Source: Alphaproteobacteria bacterium
Lineage (GTDB): Bacteria; Pseudomonadota; Alphaproteobacteria; UBA828
DNA length: 64,000 bases
Assembly: GCA_965221125.1 (NCBI GenBank)
Contig: CBDCRW010000005.1
Coordinates: 700,419-764,418 of the forward strand
Direction of reading: 5' to 3'
Shown: positions 57,986 through 64,000 of the stretch, one piece after another
How the letters are laid out: every line of letters starts with the position of its first letter
Numbering within the stretch: position 1 is the stretch's first letter
Notes under the pieces: generated by a model
The model's database searches: none
Told to the model about the DNA's origin: nothing
The model's input: the letters and a program-made list of their open reading frames with translations, nothing else
Translations under genes and position numbers: made by a program

Positions 57986-59438
57986 GGTTGTGTCCCCAGA
58001 CGTGGTGTAGGAGCTCCCGCTACCCCCGGTAGCTGTGGGTAACCGGCTTGGCGCCGCGACCGCCCTCGAGTCTGGTGGCGCCAAGCCGGTTATCCACAGC
58101 GGGGTGGCCATCGCGGTTCCGGTTTAGGGTTTGGGTGAATCCGAATCGACCCGAGCCTAAGGAGAACCACGATGACCGATGACAAGCTTACCCTGCGGAC
58201 GCTGTTGGAGAAGAGCTCTGACGCCGATCTGCTGCGTGAGATGATCGCCTTCTCTGCGCAGCGCCTTATGGAGCTGGAAGTCGAGGGCCTGACCGGCGCC
58301 GAGCATGGCGCGCGGACGCCGGAGCGGATCAACCAGCGCAACGGCTACCGCGATCGGCCTTGGGAGACCCGGGCCGGCACGGTCGACCTGAAGATTCCGA
58401 AGCTCAGGAAGGGGAGCTACTTCCCCGGCTTCCTGGAGCCCCGACGGACGGCGGAGAAGGCGCTCACGGCGGTGATCCAGGAGGCCTACATCCAGGGGGT
58501 ATCGACCCGCTCGGTCGACGAACTGGTTCAGGCCATGGGCATGAGCGGGATATCGAAGAGCCAGGTCTCGCGCCTTTGCGGGGAGATAGACGACAAGATC
58601 CGCAGCTTCCTCGACCGCCCGCTCGAAGGCGACTGGCCCTATCTCTGGCTGGATGCGACTTACGTGAAGGTGCGCGAGGCCGGGCGCATCGTCCCGGTCG
58701 CGGTCACCGTGGCCGTCGCGGTCAACGACCAGGGCCGGCGCGAGATCCTCGGCATGGCGATCGGCGCCTCCGAGGCCGAGACCTTCTGGACCGAGTTCCT
58801 GCGCTCGCTGACCAGGCGCGGCCTGCGCGGCGTGCAGCTGGTGATCTCCGACGACCACAAGGGCCTGAAGGCCGCCACCACCCGGATCCTCGGCGCCACC
58901 TGGCAGAGATGCCGCGTCCACTTCATGCGCAACCTGCTGGCCCATGCCGGCAAGCAGGGCCGGCGCGTCGTCTCCGCCTTCGTCGCCACCGCCTTCGCCC
59001 AGGACGATGCCGAGGCCGCTGCCGCCCAGTGGCGCCTGATCGCCGACCAGCTCAGGCCCAAGGCCTCCAAGCTGGCGGCCCTCATGGACGAGGCCCAGCA
59101 CGACGTCCTCGCCTACATGAGCTTCCCCAAGGAGCACCGGGTCAAGCTTCACTCGACCAACCCGCTCGAACGCGTCAACGGCGAGATCAAGCGACGCACC
59201 AACGTCGTCGGCATCTTCCCCAACGAGGACGCCATCACCCGCCTCGTCGGCGCCGTGCTGCTCGAGCAGAACGACGAATGGACCGTCGGAAGGAGGTACA
59301 TGACGCTGGAATCGATCGCTCCCCTGAGCGACAATCCCACGATCAAGCTGTCCGCTGTGGCAGCCTGAATAACCCGGCCCTACCCGCCGGATGCCGCGTA
59401 AAGCGCGACGCTCTTACACCACTCCTCGGGACACGATC
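57986..59438 (+). mobile_element. IS256 family element, copy 2 (inverted relative to copy 1)
   Basis: Same ends and identical protein; own 8-bp TSD GGAAAAGA at 57978-57985 and 59439-59446. Confidence 0.95.
58172..59368 (+). CDS. IS256 family transposase
   Basis: Translation identical to 51322-52518. Confidence 0.97.
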   Translation: MTDDKLTLRTLLEKSSDADLLREMIAFSAQRLMELEVEGLTGAEHGARTPERINQRNGYRDRPWETRAGTVDLKIPKLRKGSYFPGFLEPRRTAEKALTAVIQEAYIQGVSTRSVDELVQAMGMSGISKSQVSRLCGEIDDKIRSFLDRPLEGDWPYLWLDATYVKVREAGRIVPVAVTVAVAVNDQGRREILGMAIGASEAETFWTEFLRSLTRRGLRGVQLVISDDHKGLKAATTRILGATWQRCRVHFMRNLLAHAGKQGRRVVSAFVATAFAQDDAEAAAAQWRLIADQLRPKASKLAALMDEAQHDVLAYMSFPKEHRVKLHSTNPLERVNGEIKRRTNVVGIFPNEDAITRLVGAVLLEQNDEWTVGRRYMTLESIAPLSDNPTIKLSAVAA

Positions 59439-60195
59439 GGAAAAGACCGAGCAATCTGGGAAATCAGGGCAGCGATCACGTCAAATAATCTGGGAGATTC
59501 GGCGTCAAATAACGTGCGAAACAACACGCCGCACTCCCTCTGAAGCGCCGCGAGACGCTCGGTGTTCGGGTTCTCCACGGAGTGCGCTGGATCGCTGACA
59601 TGAACACCGGACTGCAGGCTCTTGTGATAGGCCATGTGATAGAGAAGCGCGTTCAGCTCGTCCAGCGGCTGCGGCATCCAGATGCCCGCGACCAGGCGAC
59701 GCTGAGCCAGAACTTGCCGGCCCAACCGTTCCGGCAGGTGGGGGAACCCGCGGTAGTCGCTCCCGTGCAGCCCCCTGATGCCGTAGCAATCGAACTTGAG
59801 GCCCGAGCGTCTGCCCTGGAACGCCGCTCTGAGAGCGGTGATTGCGCGGTCGTCGATCAGCAGGTCCAGTTCCTTCACCCGTGCGTCGAGCACACGGTGA
59901 CCGCCCCTCAAGACGACATGCTCCACCCGATTCTGCTCGAGCCAGGCGAAGAACTCCCGGGGCGGTGCGCGCAGAGACACCGGCCTAGCGCAGGCTGACC
60001 CGCAGATCGCTGCGGAGAACGGGCGCCCGCTCCCGCATCGAGCACACAGGAAAGCCCCCCTCGAATTCCGGCATCCTCATCAAGAGCCTCGTCGTGGCGT
60101 TGCCGGCCGGCCGCGCAAACCACGACCGGCGCGACCGCGCACTTCCAGTGTCTGCCGAACAGGCGACGCCGGCGAGGAAGCCGTGCCGGCGGCAG

Positions 60196-61545
60196 TCAGC
60201 CCAGGTTGCGGTCCGCCATCACCTCGCGGATCGCCTGCTCCGCCACGTCGACGCAGCGGTCGACGTCCTCTCTGGTGGCGATGAGCGCGGGGCCGAACTC
60301 GATCGCCGTGCCCTCCTCGCCGCCGAGCACGCCGAGATCGGCCATGCGCCGCGTGATCGCCTTCACCGTGTCGTCGGTGAACGCGGCCTTGGTCTTCCTG
60401 TCGGTCGTGAAGTCGATGCAGGTCCACATGCCGAGCCCGCGCACGTCGCCGACGATGGGCAGCTCCCGCAGCCGCTGCATCTGCTCCAGGAAGTAGGCGC
60501 CGGTCTCGCGGCCGTGCTGGATCAGGTTGTCGCCCTCCAGGATGTCGATGGTCGCCATTGCCGCGGCGCAGGCGCCGGGGTGGCCGTTGTAGGTCTGGAC
60601 ATGGGTGAACACCGGCAGGGCCTCAGCCACCCTGCGGCTCGCGGTCGACGCGCCGAGCGGGAAGTAGCCGGCGGTGATCGCCTTCGCCGTGCTCATGATG
60701 TCGCACTCCACGCCCCAGTGCTCGAGCGCGAACCAGTAGCCGCAGCGGCCGAAGCCGGTGATCACCTCGTCGCCGATCAGGAGCACGTCGTACTTGTCGC
60801 AGACCGCCCTCACGCGGGCGAAGTAGTCGTCGGGCGGCACCTGCACGCCGTCGCCCTGCATCACCGGCTCGGCGATGAAGGCGGCCACCGTCTCCGGCCC
60901 CTCGTGGATGATGTGCTGCTCAAGGTAATCGACGCAGAAATCGCAGACCTCCGAGGGGTCCATGCCGAAGGGCGTGCGATACATCGTCGGCGGCGGGATG
61001 CGGCTGTAGCCGGGCACGCCCGGCTCGGTAATGGCGCGGGTGCCGAGATAGTCGGTACACCCGATCACGCCCATGGTGGCGCCGTGATAGGAGTCCCAGC
61101 GCGAGATGATCTTGTGCGCGTGCGGCTTGTCCCCCTTGGCGATGTGGTACTGCTTGGCAAGCTTGATCGACATCTCGTTGGCTTCCGACCCGCTGCCGGC
61201 GTAGACCGTCGCCGTGAGCGAGCCGGGCGCAAGCTCCGCGATCCTGGCCGAGAGGTTGACCGTGACGTCGACCACGTTGGCGACCGTGCCGGCGTAGTGG
61301 AGCTGCATCAGCTGGTCGTAGATCGCCCGCGCAATACGCTCCTGCCCGTAGCCGAGGGAACTAGCCCGCGTGTGGGAGCTCATCATGTCGAGGTAGGACT
61401 TGCCGCCGGCGTCGGTGATCTCCATTCCTTCCGCGCTCGTGAAGATCATCGGGCCTTGCTCGCGAACGTCCTGCTTGCTCACGAGCGGGAACAGGTAGTA
61501 GTCGAGCGCGTCGCGGGTGAGCGCGTCGAGATTGGAAGCGTCCAT
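60196..61545 (-). CDS. Class III aminotransferase (PLP-dependent)
   Basis: SGSEANE, SYHG, FIAEPV, DEVITGFGR, AKAITAGYFPLG and TYNGHP motifs. Confidence 0.93.
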   Translation of the reverse strand: MDASNLDALTRDALDYYLFPLVSKQDVREQGPMIFTSAEGMEITDAGGKSYLDMMSSHTRASSLGYGQERIARAIYDQLMQLHYAGTVANVVDVTVNLSARIAELAPGSLTATVYAGSGSEANEMSIKLAKQYHIAKGDKPHAHKIISRWDSYHGATMGVIGCTDYLGTRAITEPGVPGYSRIPPPTMYRTPFGMDPSEVCDFCVDYLEQHIIHEGPETVAAFIAEPVMQGDGVQVPPDDYFARVRAVCDKYDVLLIGDEVITGFGRCGYWFALEHWGVECDIMSTAKAITAGYFPLGASTASRRVAEALPVFTHVQTYNGHPGACAAAMATIDILEGDNLIQHGRETGAYFLEQMQRLRELPIVGDVRGLGMWTCIDFTTDRKTKAAFTDDTVKAITRRMADLGVLGGEEGTAIEFGPALIATREDVDRCVDVAEQAIREVMADRNLG

Positions 61546-61630
61546 TCGATCTCTCCTCGGGCCGGGGCGGTTCGCGTGCGGGCGATCTTGGTGCGGCACG
61601 CTGCCTCGCGCAAGCGGCGCGGGAGGCCGC

Positions 61631-62854
61631 TCAGGCCGCGTCGTCGCTCTGGCGGAAGGGGCCGTGGCGTTCCAGCACGGCGATCTCGCGGTCGATCTCC
61701 CGTGTCTCGTGGTCGAGGTAGTTGGCGACTGCGTCCCGCAGGCTCTCGTTGGCGACCCAGTGCGCGGAATAGGTGGGCACGGGCAGGTAGCCGCGCGCGA
61801 GCTTGTGCGGCCCCTGGGCGCCGGCCTCCACCCGCTTCAAGCCGTGGGCGATGGCGTAGTCGATGGCGCGGTAGTAGCAGGCCTCGAAGTGCAGGAAGCG
61901 ATGCTCCTCGATACAGCCCCAGTTGCGGCCGTAGAGCGCATCCGCGCCCGCGAGGTTGAGCGCGCCCGCGATGGGCTTGCCTGCGCGCTCCACCATCACC
62001 AGCACCACCGCATCCGCCATGCGCTCGCCCAGCAGGCTGAAGAATTCGCGCGTGAGGTAGGGCACGCCCCACTTGCGGCTGCCCGTCGTCTGGTAGAAGG
62101 CGAAGAAGGCATCCCAGTGGCGCTCCTCGATCTCGCTGCCGGAGAGCGCCGCGATCGTGAGGCCGGCGTCGGCGACGGCCTGCCGCTCCTTGCGGATCTG
62201 CTTGCGCTTGCGCGAGGCGAGGGTCGCGAGGAAATCGTCGAAGCTGCCGTAGTCCTCGTTGAGCCAGTGGAACTGGATGCCCGTGCGCTGCAGGAGCCCG
62301 GCCTCGCCCATCAGGTCGAACTCGTCCTCCGTGGGGAAGGTGACGTGCAGGGAGGAGACGCCGGCCTGGTCGCAGAGGCCGACGCAGGTGGAAAGGAGCG
62401 CCGTTCTCACGGCTTCGGTGTCCGCCCCGGCCGGGGCCAGCAGGCGCGGCCCCGTCACCGGCGTGAACGGGACCGAGACCTGGAGCTTGGGGTAGTAGCG
62501 CCCGCCCGCGCGCTCGAACGCGTCCGCCCAGCCGTGGTCGAAGACGTACTCGCCGTAGGAGTGGTTCTTGAGATACATCGGCACGGCGCCGAGGACGGCG
62601 CCGTCCCCGGTCTTGAGGACGATGTGCCGGGGATGCCAGCCGGTCTCCGCCGTGCTCGACCCGCTCTCCTCGAGCACGGACAGAAACGCATGGCGGACGA
62701 AGGGATTGCCCAGGCCGGCGCAGCGGTCCCAAGCGGCCTCGTCCACCTGGGCGATCGAACTCAGAACATGCGCTTCGACGGCGGCGTCATCTGTTGCCGG
62801 ATCAGCCTCGCCGGCCTCCGTCGCGTCGTCTGTCACGTCGCGGCCGGCGGCCAT
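61631..62854 (-). CDS. GNAT/FemAB-like (DUF482) protein
   Basis: HSYGEYVFDHGWA, VPFTPVTGPR, LYGRNWG, LHFEACYY and EAGAQG.HK motifs. Confidence 0.9.
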   Translation of the reverse strand: MAAGRDVTDDATEAGEADPATDDAAVEAHVLSSIAQVDEAAWDRCAGLGNPFVRHAFLSVLEESGSSTAETGWHPRHIVLKTGDGAVLGAVPMYLKNHSYGEYVFDHGWADAFERAGGRYYPKLQVSVPFTPVTGPRLLAPAGADTEAVRTALLSTCVGLCDQAGVSSLHVTFPTEDEFDLMGEAGLLQRTGIQFHWLNEDYGSFDDFLATLASRKRKQIRKERQAVADAGLTIAALSGSEIEERHWDAFFAFYQTTGSRKWGVPYLTREFFSLLGERMADAVVLVMVERAGKPIAGALNLAGADALYGRNWGCIEEHRFLHFEACYYRAIDYAIAHGLKRVEAGAQGPHKLARGYLPVPTYSAHWVANESLRDAVANYLDHETREIDREIAVLERHGPFRQSDDAA

Positions 62855-62856
62855 GG

Positions 62857-64000
62857 TCACTGCATCTTGGCGCCCGAGGCCGCGAGGTCGCGCATGTCGG
62901 TCTTGAGGTGAATCAGCGCGGGGCCTTGCGCCGCCAAGGCCCCCTCCAGGGCCGGCGCGAATTCCTCGGTGGCCGCCACCGTCCAGGCGTCCGCGCCCCA
63001 GGCGCGTGCGGCGGCGGCGAAGTCCGGGCGGTCGAGCGCGATGCCGTAGGTGGCGCCCGCGCCGTAGCGGTTGTGCTGGTGCATGGCGATGGTGCCGTAG
63101 CCGCCGTTGTCGCAGACCAGCACGACGATCGGCAGCCGGTTGCCGACCGCCGTGATCAGCTCCTGCCCGGTCATGCCGAAGCCGCCGTCGCCGACAAGCG
63201 CAACCACGCGCTTGCCGGGCCTGGCGAGCTGCGCGCCGATGGCGCCCGGCATGGCATAGCCCATGGCGCCGACCGCCGGCGCGGCCTGCGAAAGCGGATG
63301 CTCGTAGGGGTAGTGGCGGAGCAGCCATGTGGAGAAGTTGCCGGCGTCGTTGACGATGGTGGCATCCGCCGGCACCTGCTCGGTGAGCGTCTGCACGACC
63401 TGAGCGAGGTCGACCGCGCCGAGCGCCGGGGCAGCGGCGTTCTGGCGGAAGGCATCGAACGCCCCGCGCTGGGCCGCGCGCCAGGCGGAACGCGGTGCGG
63501 GCGGGGCTTCCGGCGCGGCGGCGATCAGGCCCTCCAGGACCGGCGCAATGTCTGCACAGACCTGCATGTCAGCGCCGGCCGCGGCCAGCGCGTCCGCATC
63601 CGGGTAGACATGGATGACGAAGCGCGCCTCCTCGGTCACGCGGTCGTCGAGGGTCGTGGCGAGGTCGAGCCGCGTGCCGAGGGCCAGCACAAGGTCAGCC
63701 TCGGCCAGCAGGGCCTCCTGGTAAGGCGGCAGCGCCAGGCCGAGCGTCCCCAGGTAGGCGGGTGCGCGCACGGCACCACGCCCTGCTGGCGGAAGGAGCT
63801 GAGCACGCCCACGCCATAGGCCTCGGCGAAGGCGGCGAGCGCCTCGTTGGCGCCCTCGAAGCCCACCATCTCGCCCGCGAGCACGACGGGGCGCTCGGCG
63901 CGCGCGAGGCGCCGGGCGATGTCGGCCACCGCCTCCGGCGCGGGCGGCCGGGCGCCGCGGGCGCGGGGCTCCGGCGGCGGCGCGTTGCCGGCCGCGCCCT
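62857..64000 (-). CDS. Thiamine pyrophosphate-dependent enzyme (acetolactate synthase-like); 5' partial, apparent 1-bp frameshift near 63761
   Basis: GAMGYAMPGAIGA and GDGGFGM...N motifs. The upstream frame ...VPCAHP continues into AYLGTLG only if one base is added. Confidence 0.8.
   Translation of the reverse strand, partial: GRGRQRAAAGAPRPRRPAARAGGGGRHRPAPRARRAPRRARGRDGGLRGRQRGARRLRRGLWRGRAQLLPPAGRGAVRAPAYLGTLGLALPPYQEALLAEADLVLALGTRLDLATTLDDRVTEEARFVIHVYPDADALAAAGADMQVCADIAPVLEGLIAAAPEAPPAPRSAWRAAQRGAFDAFRQNAAAPALGAVDLAQVVQTLTEQVPADATIVNDAGNFSTWLLRHYPYEHPLSQAAPAVGAMGYAMPGAIGAQLARPGKRVVALVGDGGFGMTGQELITAVGNRLPIVVLVCDNGGYGTIAMHQHNRYGAGATYGIALDRPDFAAAARAWGADAWTVAATEEFAPALEGALAAQGPALIHLKTDMRDLAASGAKMQ

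Larger units (their letters stand above)
53445..59526 (+). mobile_element. TnsB/TnsC-like (Mu/Tn7/IS21-related) four-gene transposon containing IS256 copy 2
   Basis: Ends TGTTGTTT / AAACAACA; 5-bp TSD CGCCG at 53440-53444 and 59527-59531; right-end repeats AATCTGGGA x2 and CGTCAAATAA x2. Confidence 0.9.
52832..59980 (-). pseudogene. Putative nucleotidyltransferase-like + NDK-like fusion gene interrupted by a transposon (pieces 59980-59527 and 53439-52832)
   Basis: Rejoining gives a 1062-bp in-frame ORF. N-terminal VVLRG...ELDLLID; C-terminal LFVIRE...NPIHSTDNEAEA. Confidence 0.65.

Noticed and set aside
51252-59438. Composite transposon formed by the inverted IS256 pair
   Set aside because: Each copy has its own distinct 8-bp TSD, so they inserted independently, although they could mobilise the interval later.

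Overview
High-GC window, probably from an alphaproteobacterium (inferred from gene content). It has three zones. (1) 1-14294: catabolic and transport genes (ABC permease, biotin carboxylase plus carboxyltransferase, two DMT transporters, GMC and OYE oxidoreductases, three SDRs, an IlvD/Edd dehydratase), with one lower-GC NucS-like nuclease gene among them. (2) About 14335-48385: a ~34 kb integrative island bounded by a 75-bp imperfect direct repeat, with a tyrosine integrase at its right end. It carries a TonB-dependent receptor, an HU gene split by an IS110/IS1111-type element, a triple cold-shock-domain protein, a tandem Zn-ribbon protein, SSB, a Toprim protein, a DUF2493/SLOG protein behind a ~330-nt fold-back, a complete IS66, an RHH-like regulator and a 5031-aa Calx-beta autotransporter adhesin. 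The non-coding 3' end of the IS1111 element contains sequences matching both strands of its own target site (bridge/seekRNA-like). (3) 48393-64000: core genes plus a two-gene operon knocked out twice. One hit is IS256; the other is a TGT...ACA-ended, 5-bp-TSD transposon encoding a Zn/HTH protein, a DDE transposase, an ExeA/TnsC-like ATPase and an extra RepA-like helicase, and it holds a second IS256 copy. All product calls come from motif recognition by eye; no database search was run.
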